In this document: one piece after another, positions 16,968-26,440 of the stretch
Layout: each line of letters starts with the position of its first letter
Position numbering within the stretch: the stretch's first letter is position 1
Source: Candidatus Micrarchaeota archaeon
GTDB taxonomy: Archaea > Micrarchaeota > Micrarchaeia > Micrarchaeales > CABMGC01
DNA: 64,000 nt
Direction of reading: 5' to 3'
Assembly (NCBI GenBank): GCA_021850705.1
Contig: JAJZKU010000001.1
Location: 157 to 64,156, forward strand
The notes under the pieces: generated by a model
The model's input: only the letters and a program-made list of their open reading frames with translations
What the model was told of the DNA's origin: nothing
Database searches by the model: none
Made by a program: the position numbers and the translations under genes

Positions 16968-19714
16968 CCGCTCCAGAACTTCCTGTTCTTTATGAATTTC
17001 TTCTGCTCCTCAAGCACATCTACAAAGAACTCCTTATACTCTCTTCTTAGCATCCGGAGCACTCTTGCAGCGGTATCAACTCCGATTCCATAAACTGACA
17101 ATGCGATAACCGCGCGGTTTCCATACTCTTTTATCAATCCAGCTTCCTTTACAATACTTGTGTAAATCTTTGCATCTCCCCTGTTTAATGGCCTTCCTTC
17201 TATACGTTTGTTTATAACGGCAACCTTCTCATCGTCATATATAACTACCATCGGGCTTCCGCACTTCTTGCACTTTATGCTCTTATCGCTATCAAAGTCC
17301 ATCTTCTCTTCAAAAGCATAGCCGCAGAAGCTGCAGAGCATCAGAAGGCTCTCTTTGGCAAGCTTCTCCTTAAGCCTCTCTACGGCATCCTCTTTGCCAA
17401 ATTCAGGGGAAAGAAGCTCAGAATAGCTGTATGCAGACTGTATTATCTCCCTGGTAAGCGGCGAACCTGTGGAGTACATAAACTCAATTTTTATTTCACC
17501 CTTCCTTAGTCCATGTGCAAACGCGTTGACAGATTCTAAATCGAAATAATTTTTTCCAAGCTCTCTTACCACTTCCTCCATCACTACCGAGCCGTCATAG
17601 AAGTTCATCACTCTGTCTATCGCTCCTCTTCCGGTCTTTGCTCCCTTGTCTATTATCCCAAAAAGAGTGGCAATCTTGACAAACCTGTACCTGAAAAGGT
17701 CAGAGCCGCGTATAAAATTAAGCGAATCAAGCCTTTCCATATGCGCTATCTCCAACATTGCCTTTTTGACATCGGGTTTCCTGAAATTAAGACCGAACTC
17801 CAGCACAATGGCGTAAGGAGTAGCCTTTGCTGTAACGCGCCCTCCTGACGAATATGAACAGACATACGAAAGCAGGCGTGCAAGCAGCTCGTTGCCAAGT
17901 TTTCCCAGGGCAACATACACTATCGCATAATCCTCTAATTCCTCTACTATGATCCTAGTGCCGCTGGGAACAAAGAAAGAGCGCTGCTTTTCTATAAATG
18001 TTTCAGCCCTGGTCTTTGCATGAGAATCAAAGAAAGCGGCATTCCTACCCAGTCCTTTTTCAATGAATCCGAATGCCTTTTCTGCAGTCTCTTTGGAGAC
18101 AGGTATATCCTCCCCTTCCCAGTCTGGAATAGTTGCTTCTACTCTCTCCCCAGGCTCAACAAATATCGTGCCCTCATCAATGCCAACTACTCTCCACGGC
18201 ATGCCCTTGCTTATGAAATATGACCCTTCATCTATGTTGGAATAGACAAACTTCTCATCAAGATAGGATATGATCCTGTTTGTGACCGCATTCTTCACTG
18301 GGAAACGTGATACTTCCGGTATGACGCTGATGTTCTTATAAAAATACCTCCTTGACCTCCTGCCTATGGATATCCTGCCATCTCTGATATTGATTATGCC
18401 TATGCTCTCGGCAAAGGCGATGATGCCTTGAAACTTTTCAATTTTCATCTTCCTGAAGCAGGCCGACCTGTTTATTATTCTGAATGCAGTCAAATGATCT
18501 ATCTCTCCATACTCAAGCGCCATGCCGCTAAGCTGGTTAACCAAAACATCATACGGATTCTCTTCTATACTGCTCTTCTCAAAACTGCCTGCAAGGGCAT
18601 TATCCAAGATGGCGGCGGCTTCAAGCGCCTCAAGATTCTCCGAGACTATTATGCTGCCTTTTGATACCCTGCCAACACTATGTCCTCCTCTTCCGATACG
18701 CTGTATAAGGCGGGTCGCCCTTCTTGGAGAACCGTACTGTATGACAAAATCGACCTTGCCTATATCAATTCCAAGCTCAAGCGAGCTCGTCGCCACTATC
18801 GCCTTGAACCTCCCCTCCTTGAATCCTGATTCGGTAGCTATTCTCTCCTCCTTCTCGATGGATCCATGATGCACGCTCAAAGGCCCAAACTCTATTTTCT
18901 TATCGAGATAAAGGAGCTTCCTGCCAAGCGCCTCAACCGCCTGCCTGGTATTTGCAAACACTATCGTTGCATCAGATTCCTTTATCAACGATGCAATGCG
19001 GTATATTCTCGCAGCAGCAGCCTCATCTATACTGAAGAACTCTTTTATCCCTTCAGAGTCCTTGGCCTTTTCAGGCATCTCTATCTTTATATCAAATGTC
19101 TTTTCAGTGTCAGATCCTATGACTACATACTTCCTTTCAGAAAATATGAACCTGCACGCCTCGTCAAGATTGCCTATGGTCGCACTTATGCCTATTCTCT
19201 GGAAGCCAGGCGCGAGCGCCTCAATCCTCTCCAAAGCAACGGAGAGCTGTGCCCCTCTCTTATTGTAGTATAACTCGTGAAGTTCATCTACCACAACCAC
19301 CTTGACATTCTTCAGAGAATCCCTGAGTCTTTTGGAAAGGAAGAGGTTCTGAAGGGTTTCAGGAGTAGTGACCAGTATCTTCGGAGGCTCTTCCGCCTGC
19401 TCTCTCCTCTCCTTCAAGGAGGTATCTCCGTGCCTGACCGCCATCGTTACTCCAGAAGCGCTTGATAGAGTCTCCAGTCTTTTCAGCAGGTCTCTGTTAA
19501 GTGATTTAAGAGGAGTTATATACAAGGTAAATATCCCGTTCTCATGTGTCTGCGCCATCTTCAGAATAGGGAGAAAGACCGCCTCAGTCTTCCCGCTTCC
19601 AGTAGGTGCAGCTATGATGCAGTTCTTTTTTCCTTCTATTTCCTCGAAAGACCTTTCCTGGATCTGGGTGAACGCACCATACTTATCCAGAAAAAGCGAG
19701 AATGGATCCATCAT
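16964..19714 (-). CDS. lhr: Lhr-type DExH-box ATP-dependent helicase with C-terminal Zn-ribbon
   Basis: 916 aa with APTGSGKTEA, DELH and HHGS motifs, plus CSFCG...CKKCG near the C-terminus. Confidence 0.8.
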   Translation of the reverse strand: MMDPFSLFLDKYGAFTQIQERSFEEIEGKKNCIIAAPTGSGKTEAVFLPILKMAQTHENGIFTLYITPLKSLNRDLLKRLETLSSASGVTMAVRHGDTSLKERREQAEEPPKILVTTPETLQNLFLSKRLRDSLKNVKVVVVDELHELYYNKRGAQLSVALERIEALAPGFQRIGISATIGNLDEACRFIFSERKYVVIGSDTEKTFDIKIEMPEKAKDSEGIKEFFSIDEAAAARIYRIASLIKESDATIVFANTRQAVEALGRKLLYLDKKIEFGPLSVHHGSIEKEERIATESGFKEGRFKAIVATSSLELGIDIGKVDFVIQYGSPRRATRLIQRIGRGGHSVGRVSKGSIIVSENLEALEAAAILDNALAGSFEKSSIEENPYDVLVNQLSGMALEYGEIDHLTAFRIINRSACFRKMKIEKFQGIIAFAESIGIINIRDGRISIGRRSRRYFYKNISVIPEVSRFPVKNAVTNRIISYLDEKFVYSNIDEGSYFISKGMPWRVVGIDEGTIFVEPGERVEATIPDWEGEDIPVSKETAEKAFGFIEKGLGRNAAFFDSHAKTRAETFIEKQRSFFVPSGTRIIVEELEDYAIVYVALGKLGNELLARLLSYVCSYSSGGRVTAKATPYAIVLEFGLNFRKPDVKKAMLEIAHMERLDSLNFIRGSDLFRYRFVKIATLFGIIDKGAKTGRGAIDRVMNFYDGSVVMEEVVRELGKNYFDLESVNAFAHGLRKGEIKIEFMYSTGSPLTREIIQSAYSYSELLSPEFGKEDAVERLKEKLAKESLLMLCSFCGYAFEEKMDFDSDKSIKCKKCGSPMVVIYDDEKVAVINKRIEGRPLNRGDAKIYTSIVKEAGLIKEYGNRAVIALSVYGIGVDTAARVLRMLRREYKEFFVDVLEEQKKFIKNRKFWSG

Positions 19715-19718
19715 AAGA

Positions 19719-21356
19719 TTAGACTACATATGCGCTTCCGTTCGCCTGGAGCCTTGTCCTGTTAAGGGTATAATTGAGCGTTAAGCCCAGGTACAGGTTG
19801 AATGGCACGCCGTATATCTTAGTTCCGTTGTAATACGTGCATCCCACGCTAAGATTTGCAGCTTGTTTAGTCTTCAGCGTGTAGTTTACCTTTGTGAAGA
19901 GCAGCGAAGGCGATTCTGCGAAACAGCTTCCCGCAGTCAACGAAACTGTGTTATTGAGATTGTTTATCACATTGAAATGTAGTGTGCTGTTTGAAAACGT
20001 TACGTCTGTGCAGTTGAATCCTTCTACAAAACCGCATTGACTCTGTATTCCTGGAAGGAAGACAAGGGACTTTGCACTGCTATTGTAAAATGATGCATGT
20101 ATCAGGCCTATGGCCTCTGGGACAGTTTCCAACAAATCCGATGTACTTGAAAGCGAATAGTCAGTATAATTGACTCCACCAACATATGCGCGTGTTGAAA
20201 CCAGAGAGTAATTCCCTATCTTGCCAGAGACAGGAAGATCATATGTCGAGCAGTAAGATGTATCTGATATGTTGTAAATTGCTCCATAACAAACGAGCAA
20301 TGGGTTGGTAAGGTTAGTCGATATCTGTATGTAATGTATGCTGTTGTTCATCTCCAGAAGCTCTCCATGGCTGAAAACATTACCGACGAAACCTGAATAG
20401 TTGCCTATTACAGTGGCGTTAGCTGCAAAAGAGTCATTCCTGAATTTTATGTTCTGCATTTCCGGAGTGTAATACGAAGCCGGAGCATGTTCCAATATTG
20501 AAGTGCAGTTTTCAGTGCCGTTTGTGCCTATCATCTTTATCCATCCGCCACTATACCAACTGCACATTGTCGATATGTTGCTGAGTTTTACGAAAGTAAC
20601 CTGCGTTCCGTTATAAGTAAAGTTATGATGTGCAAGATCTTTGTATCCGGCAGCATATACAAAAGCCGAGGGTTCAAGATAGCCTTTCAGCCATATTGAA
20701 GAGATTGCGTTATTTCCTGAATATGCTCCGTTAGAGTACGCCATCTCGTTTATGTAAGTGCCTGCAATGCTTGTAATCGGGTACAGGAATCCATTCAAAG
20801 CGCTGATGTTGGAAAAGACCATCGGGGAAGAAGAGAAGTTTGTGTAGAAGAAGGAATCTGTAACTACTCCTGAGCTTTTCAGATTTGCGTAAGAGCCTGA
20901 GACCAGTCCATTTCTTGCTATGTAAGAATACGGGGCAGGCGATTCGCTGTTGCTTACTACAAAGCTTGCATTTGCCTGTGCCTGGGCCCTGTCCGATATG
21001 TCAAAGACCCTTCCAGGGTCTGCAACGACAGAAACGTTGTACATGCCTGACTTTGCAGGAGTGTAATTGAAAGGTATGATCGCTGTCTTTCCTATAGGTA
21101 TATCAAGTTTGTATGTGTTCTTCAGGCTTCCATTCATGTAAAGCCCAAAATCAAGGTTGGATATGGAAGAACCTCCTGTATTAGTAACGACTATAGGCAT
21201 TACGACATTCTGGTAAGGGTAAATATTGGCGTCAAGCCTTGTCTTGTTGAAAGATACGGTTAACTGGTAAGATGCGGTGTAATAGAACCTGTAGTACAGA
21301 GCCCCAGCTGCAATTATCACGAAAATCGCAATCCATATGTATATCTCATTCTTCAT
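19719..21356 (-). CDS. N-terminally anchored, heavily N-glycosylatable surface protein with a CARDB-like first domain (S-layer/cell-surface candidate)
   Basis: One N-terminal TM helix and about 30 N-x-S/T sequons by manual count. VVMPIVVTNTGGSSISNL...YNVSVVADP resembles a CARDB domain. Confidence 0.5.
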   Translation of the reverse strand: MKNEIYIWIAIFVIIAAGALYYRFYYTASYQLTVSFNKTRLDANIYPYQNVVMPIVVTNTGGSSISNLDFGLYMNGSLKNTYKLDIPIGKTAIIPFNYTPAKSGMYNVSVVADPGRVFDISDRAQAQANASFVVSNSESPAPYSYIARNGLVSGSYANLKSSGVVTDSFFYTNFSSSPMVFSNISALNGFLYPITSIAGTYINEMAYSNGAYSGNNAISSIWLKGYLEPSAFVYAAGYKDLAHHNFTYNGTQVTFVKLSNISTMCSWYSGGWIKMIGTNGTENCTSILEHAPASYYTPEMQNIKFRNDSFAANATVIGNYSGFVGNVFSHGELLEMNNSIHYIQISTNLTNPLLVCYGAIYNISDTSYCSTYDLPVSGKIGNYSLVSTRAYVGGVNYTDYSLSSTSDLLETVPEAIGLIHASFYNSSAKSLVFLPGIQSQCGFVEGFNCTDVTFSNSTLHFNVINNLNNTVSLTAGSCFAESPSLLFTKVNYTLKTKQAANLSVGCTYYNGTKIYGVPFNLYLGLTLNYTLNRTRLQANGSAYVV

Positions 21357-21371
21357 AGAAAAAGCACCCTC

Positions 21372-21854
21372 TCAATTCTTGCTGCTTATCTCCTTTAACA
21401 CTTCTTTTATGTTGATGAATACATCTTTATAATAGCTCTCAAAAATATTGAAGTTCCATGGTTCATGGGCCATTCCAGGTGCGGAAGCACCCCTCTTAAA
21501 GTAAAAACGGCCATCAGAATTGTCTACAAGCCCCATCTTCTTCATGCGCAGGAGATGGTACCTGAGTGTCTTCTCGTTCATAGGCTCCCACCTGCTGCTT
21601 ATGTAATCAAGAAGGTCTGGTACCTTTGGATCCTGCTTCTTGTTAAACTGGAAGTTGAGCATAGCATCAAGTACCGCTACAGCAGATAGTCTGGACTCTC
21701 CAGGGTTTATTATGCCCAAAGAAAGGGCAAGCCATCTGAGTGCAGAGCGTTTTGTCTCAAGCACCTCCTTGGTAAGCCTCATCTTCCTCAGTGTAAGCTC
21801 CCCTTCTATCAAACTACTTTCATTAAGTTCCAAAGAATCTCCTGTTATAAACAA
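21372..21854 (-). CDS. Hypothetical protein, possible winged-helix DNA-binding domain
   Basis: 160 aa; LRYHLLRMKKMGLVDNSDGRFYF resembles a wHTH recognition helix plus wing. Confidence 0.3.
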   Translation of the reverse strand: MFITGDSLELNESSLIEGELTLRKMRLTKEVLETKRSALRWLALSLGIINPGESRLSAVAVLDAMLNFQFNKKQDPKVPDLLDYISSRWEPMNEKTLRYHLLRMKKMGLVDNSDGRFYFKRGASAPGMAHEPWNFNIFESYYKDVFINIKEVLKEISSKN

Positions 21855-21925
21855 TAAGGATTATAGATAATATCTTATATAATTTTGCTACGATTTAATA
21901 TTACTCATTTTAACAGGATGAAAAC

Positions 21926-22276
21926 ATGGAACCACAAAGCAACCAGCAAAAAGAGATAGAGAAGCTTGCAAAGGACTACCAGGTAGCACAGGAGCAGCTT
22001 CGCATGGTCACGCTGCAGCTAGAGCAGCTCAAGGCCCAGAAGGCAGAGCTTGACGGCGCAAAGGAGCAGCTAGAGAAGGCAACAGGAAAGACCTACTCCA
22101 CAATCGGAGGCATAATGGTAGAGACCGACAAGGCAAAGGCACTGGAAGACGTAAAGGACAGGTCGGAACTAACGCAGGCAAGGCTGCAGTCGATAAACAA
22201 GCAGTATACTGAGCTAAGGGCAAAGGAGAAGGACCTGAATGCCAAGATAGCAGACATATACAAGGGCAGCCAGTAA
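21926..22276 (+). CDS. pfdB: Prefoldin beta subunit
   Basis: 116 aa, two coiled-coil arms around a central beta hairpin (YSTIGGIMVETDK). Confidence 0.8.
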   Translation: MEPQSNQQKEIEKLAKDYQVAQEQLRMVTLQLEQLKAQKAELDGAKEQLEKATGKTYSTIGGIMVETDKAKALEDVKDRSELTQARLQSINKQYTELRAKEKDLNAKIADIYKGSQ

Positions 22277-22331
22277 TTCTTACACGGGTGAGCCGCTGAA
22301 GTACTATGACGTAATAAGAACGGAGCCTGAC

Positions 22332-22805
22332 ATGGAACTGCAAAAGAGACTCGGTTTCGCAAAGCTTCTGGTATGCGGCAAGGACATAGACCTAAAGGCA
22401 GCCGCGCACAACTACCAGCGCAAGACTATAGCTACGGGCCAGGACGAGGGCCTTCTTGCAAAGTCATTGAAGGACAGGAACACGGTAGGGGTACTCCCAA
22501 GCAGTGTGCCTTCAAAGAAGCTGATAGCTCTCATAGCAGAGAGCGGCAAAATTCTATTCGTCAACGTAAACACCATAATGAACGTAGATCCTAAGCAGCA
22601 GCAGAAGCTGATATACTTATACAGAAAAACAATGCACTACTGCAAGCAGTTCAAGGTAAACGTCTGTCCGATAACTCTGGCGGATTCAGGAATGGAGATG
22701 CTTTCTGCAAGGCAGCTCATGCTGCTCATAAAGTTCCTCGGCTTCAAGGGAGATGAGAAAAAAGCGCTAAGTGCGTTAGGTGGACTATATGGCAAAGATA
22801 ATTAA
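22332..22805 (+). CDS. RNase P protein component 3 (Rpp30-like), short form
   Basis: Position directly before Pop5 as in the archaeal exosome superoperon; weak TIM-barrel-like pattern; only 157 aa. Confidence 0.45.
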   Translation: MELQKRLGFAKLLVCGKDIDLKAAAHNYQRKTIATGQDEGLLAKSLKDRNTVGVLPSSVPSKKLIALIAESGKILFVNVNTIMNVDPKQQQKLIYLYRKTMHYCKQFKVNVCPITLADSGMEMLSARQLMLLIKFLGFKGDEKKALSALGGLYGKDN

Positions 22806-23112
22806 GAACAGGTATATACTGGCAGAGAGCTCAGCACAGATGGATTTCAACGACCCTGCAAACCAGCGCGCTCTTGAATCAGGCATAATGCATGCACTAG
22901 GAACACTTAATTACTCCTATTCGAATCCCAAGATGATGCTTGCAACAGAGAAGCAGTTCATACTCCGTATACAGAGAAATTCAGAGGACAGCACAATACT
23001 AGCATTATCATTCATAAAGAGCATAAACGGCAAGCCCACCGGCATCTATACTATAAAGACATCAGGAACAATGAAGTCACTGAAGGAACTGCTCATAAAA
23101 AACAACAAATGA
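22789..23112 (+). CDS. RNase P protein component 2 (Pop5-like)
   Basis: KNRYILAE start and C-terminal IKTSGTMKSL pattern typical of Pop5; conserved operon position. Confidence 0.6.
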   Translation: MAKIIKNRYILAESSAQMDFNDPANQRALESGIMHALGTLNYSYSNPKMMLATEKQFILRIQRNSEDSTILALSFIKSINGKPTGIYTIKTSGTMKSLKELLIKNNK

Positions 23113-23121
23113 GCAGAACAA

Positions 23122-23460
23122 CTACTCTTTTCTCATGCAGTTTAATTCTATCGCCTGGAAAAGTCTGCTTGCATAATCACTGCTAAGGACACCTCCTATA
23201 CATTTCTCCTGCTTCTCTCCGTTAGCATAAGCCTGTATCTTATATGCGGAAAGTCCATAATTCTCCCTCTCCTGACCATGCACTTCCTTGTATACTTTTA
23301 ACACCATGCCTGTTTCACTGTCTACTGCAGAATAGACGCTGAAAGGTCTGCCGCTACTTTCTGCCTTCCAACCATTCAAAGGAATCCTTTTTGCAATTTC
23401 AACATACTGCCTATCACTGACTGCCGTCTTCCCTTCCGTATGCGCCATGTCATATGCCAT
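23122..23460 (-). CDS. Hypothetical soluble protein
   Basis: ORF with no recognisable motif. Start moved to MAYDM because the TATA-like box (~23493-23508) is too close to the 23487 ATG. Confidence 0.3.
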   Translation of the reverse strand: MAYDMAHTEGKTAVSDRQYVEIAKRIPLNGWKAESSGRPFSVYSAVDSETGMVLKVYKEVHGQERENYGLSAYKIQAYANGEKQEKCIGGVLSSDYASRLFQAIELNCMRKE

Positions 23461-23613
23461 AAACTCACTTCTAAAACAAACGTTCATGCATGATATTTAA
23501 ACATAATGTTTCCAAGCCCGGGCAGATAGCTATGGTTCTATCCGGAGCACATTCTGCACAAACAACGAAGTTTTATTAATGCATTTATCTATCTTAAATC
23601 AAAAGCTGGTCTC

Positions 23614-23991
23614 ATGGCAGGATTAAACAAAGGCAACAGGCCTACTGGAATATCTGCACTTGCAATATTGGAACTTCTTGGAGGAGTACTTGCAATAATA
23701 TTAGGACTGTTCTTAGCAGGAGCAGGAAGCAGCATACTTGGAGGGTTGGGCCCCATATCGGGTATAGTGGCAATAATAAGCGGACTATTTGCAGTTGCAG
23801 TTGGATATGGCTTCTGGACAGGAGCAAAGTGGAGCTGGTGGCTTGCAGTAATACTGTACATATTCGGTATAATCTTTAGTCTAGCGAGCGTCGTAGTGGG
23901 TTCTGTATTCAGTATCGTAGGCCTAATTATCGATGCATTACTTTTATACTATCTCACAAGGCCTGGAGTAAAGTCATGGTTTAGCGTATAA
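23614..23991 (+). CDS. 4-TM membrane protein with a paralogous domain at 60756-61250
   Basis: 125 aa; the YGFWTGAKWSWWLAVILY...LLLYYLTRPGVKSWF motifs recur in the 403-aa protein. Confidence 0.5.
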   Translation: MAGLNKGNRPTGISALAILELLGGVLAIILGLFLAGAGSSILGGLGPISGIVAIISGLFAVAVGYGFWTGAKWSWWLAVILYIFGIIFSLASVVVGSVFSIVGLIIDALLLYYLTRPGVKSWFSV

Positions 23992-24005
23992 TTTGTTGAG
24001 ACACA

Positions 24006-24641
24006 ATGGACATAATCGGCTCTATAAAGAAAGCTTGGAATATTGCAATACATCCGTCCAAAGCAACCCCTATGAGCGTAAAGGACGCCTTAGTATTCTA
24101 TTATTCTTTTGCTATAATTCCTGTAATCATCACTGCCATACTGGCAGGCGTTTTCACAAACACCGGGTTATTCGGCGCAGTTATTGAACTCGCCACAATA
24201 CTACTATTGAGCCCTATAGCATTTTTTATAGAGACAGCCATAATCCACCTATTCGGCAAATTCCTATTCCGCAAATTCCAAAAGCCATACATGACAACAT
24301 TCACCGCAGTTGTGTTTGCTGCAATACCATCAACTCTATTTTCATGGTTACTATTAATCACATCAATTTCAGCGCCTGTTAACACGGTCGCAAACATAAT
24401 ATTTGACATATGGATTCTGATAATACTGACAATAGCCATAATGAAACTGCAGAAGACCTCAGGAGTCTTTGCAGTTCTCTCCTGGCTTATTCCATTAATA
24501 GTAATCTTAATAATAGTCACAATCATCGTAGCAGCCCTGCTGTCATTTGTCGCTACTTTACCTGGCGGTCTTGGAGCGCTGCAGAATGGCACGCTAAACA
24601 GCACATTAGTACACACGTTTAATGTAACTACTACGATATGA
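24006..24641 (+). CDS. Polytopic membrane protein, possibly Yip1-domain-like
   Basis: 211 aa with a short soluble N-terminus then 5 TM helices; family assignment is weak. Confidence 0.35.
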   Translation: MDIIGSIKKAWNIAIHPSKATPMSVKDALVFYYSFAIIPVIITAILAGVFTNTGLFGAVIELATILLLSPIAFFIETAIIHLFGKFLFRKFQKPYMTTFTAVVFAAIPSTLFSWLLLITSISAPVNTVANIIFDIWILIILTIAIMKLQKTSGVFAVLSWLIPLIVILIIVTIIVAALLSFVATLPGGLGALQNGTLNSTLVHTFNVTTTI

Positions 24642-24735
24642 AAACAAGAATAAATTGCAGTTTTCATATGTCGTCGCAGTAAAAAGGTTAATATAATTAT
24701 CTATAAGAATAAGAAATACTAATTTCAGTGGTTCT

Positions 24736-25095
24736 ATGAAAATCAATGAGCTTAAAGGAGGAGTGGGCAACGTAGAGATAGAGGCAACTGTAGTTGACAA
24801 ACAACCCACCAGAACCGTAGTTACAAAGTATGGAAAGCAGCTTACTGTATCAAGCGCTACCATAAAGGATGACACGGGAAGCATAACCCTATCATTATGG
24901 GAGAAGGATGCAGACGCAATAGACGTTGGAGACAAGATAAAGGTAACCAATGGCTACGTAAGCGAATACAAGGGCAATCCACAGCTCTCTGCAGGCAAGT
25001 ACGGAAAGATAGAAGTTATAGAAAAAGGAGAGGGCGGCGCATCAGGAAGCTCTGAACCTGAAGGGAATTTCGGCTCTGACTCTGAAGAGTTCTAA
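24736..25095 (+). CDS. Single OB-fold nucleic-acid-binding protein (SSB/RPA-like) with an acidic tail
   Basis: 119 aa; VEIEATVV...ATIKDDTGSITLSLWE...VTNGYVSEYKGNPQLS pattern; acidic C-terminus SDSEEF. Confidence 0.55.
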   Translation: MKINELKGGVGNVEIEATVVDKQPTRTVVTKYGKQLTVSSATIKDDTGSITLSLWEKDADAIDVGDKIKVTNGYVSEYKGNPQLSAGKYGKIEVIEKGEGGASGSSEPEGNFGSDSEEF

Positions 25096-25098
25096 ATT

Positions 25099-26349
25099 TT
25101 AGAACTCGAAATCTATGGTATCTCCTACTTTAGGAGTGTGAACTTTGAATCCTTCAAGTCTGAGGCTCTCTGCAGCGGCAGTCATATTCTCAACACTTCC
25201 ATGCACAAGGACTATTTCTTCAGGCGAGCACAGCTTCGCGTAATCGTGAAGATCTTTCTTACCCGCATGCGCTGAGAAATCATAAAAGCCAACCTCGTTC
25301 CTGACAGTGAACTTCTTTCCATCTATTATCAGGGGTTTGCCTTCCAACAGTTTGTGGCCATTCGTGCCCTCAACCTGGAAACCAGTAAGAAATATTTTGG
25401 AATTCCTGTTGAGCTGTGTTATATAATTAAGAACAGGCCCGCCTGTCAGCATTCCGGAAGTAGTGAGTATTATCCTGCCTCCTTTTACCGCATCTCTCCT
25501 GACATGCTGCATATCCACAACAGACACTTTGTTAACGCCTTCTGCAAGCAGTTTGCCGTTCTTCAGGAAGCGCTTATGTGCAAGTGCTATCTCAGTGGCT
25601 GCTCTCGCCATACCATCAAGATAGGTCCTCTCTGCCAATCCATGTTCTTCTAAAATCGCAAGTACCTCCTGGCTCCTTCCTACAGCAAACACAGGTACGA
25701 GAGCAGTGCCACCATTGTCTATAACGTCCTTTATATCCTCTATAAATGAAGATATCAGCTTCTCTCTTTCAGTATGCTCTCCGCCGCCATACGTCGATTC
25801 CATTATCAGTATGTCGCATTTTACAGGATCAGCCCCTTTCTGCAGGGTCTGCTCCTCAAGCTTGAAATCTCCCGTATACCCGAGAATCCTCCCGCTTCTT
25901 ATGTTCTCTATCGATGAGACTGCGCTTCCGCATATATGCCCTGCATCGCGCATTGTTATCACATAATCATCAAACTCATTCTCATATCCGTATTCGCAAG
26001 GAACATATTTGGACATCATCTCCCTGAATTCAGCTCTTGAATATGCCGGCTTATCGTGCTTCCTCTTCGCTATCTTAAGTGCGTCTTCAATCAGAAGCTC
26101 TACCAGTTCCATAGTGGGCTGGGTAGCAAATGTAGGTGGGCTTGCCTCTCTGTATATAGAAGGAAGGAAGCCGCTGTGGTCGAGATGCGCATGGCTGAGC
26201 ACGCACGCATCCACCCTCCCAATCTCTAATGGATATTCGGTGGCACTCTCCACCTTTACTCCGCAGTCAAGCAGTATGTTCTTCTTATCCTCAACAACAA
26301 ATGCTGACCTGCCAACCTCTCCGGCACCACCAAGAAAACGTATTCTCAA
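25099..26349 (-). CDS. Metallo-beta-lactamase/beta-CASP ribonuclease (aCPSF2-like)
   Basis: 416 aa with HAHLDHSG motif and downstream beta-CASP-like D/H motifs. Confidence 0.8.
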   Translation of the reverse strand: MRIRFLGGAGEVGRSAFVVEDKKNILLDCGVKVESATEYPLEIGRVDACVLSHAHLDHSGFLPSIYREASPPTFATQPTMELVELLIEDALKIAKRKHDKPAYSRAEFREMMSKYVPCEYGYENEFDDYVITMRDAGHICGSAVSSIENIRSGRILGYTGDFKLEEQTLQKGADPVKCDILIMESTYGGGEHTEREKLISSFIEDIKDVIDNGGTALVPVFAVGRSQEVLAILEEHGLAERTYLDGMARAATEIALAHKRFLKNGKLLAEGVNKVSVVDMQHVRRDAVKGGRIILTTSGMLTGGPVLNYITQLNRNSKIFLTGFQVEGTNGHKLLEGKPLIIDGKKFTVRNEVGFYDFSAHAGKKDLHDYAKLCSPEEIVLVHGSVENMTAAAESLRLEGFKVHTPKVGDTIDFEF

Positions 26350-26440
26350 ATAATCACGTTCAAAATAGAAGTTAATGACCCTATGTTTATCTTAATATAT
26401 TTAAGTGTTATTAAAGAATAGTATAGCGACTTGTGGTGAA

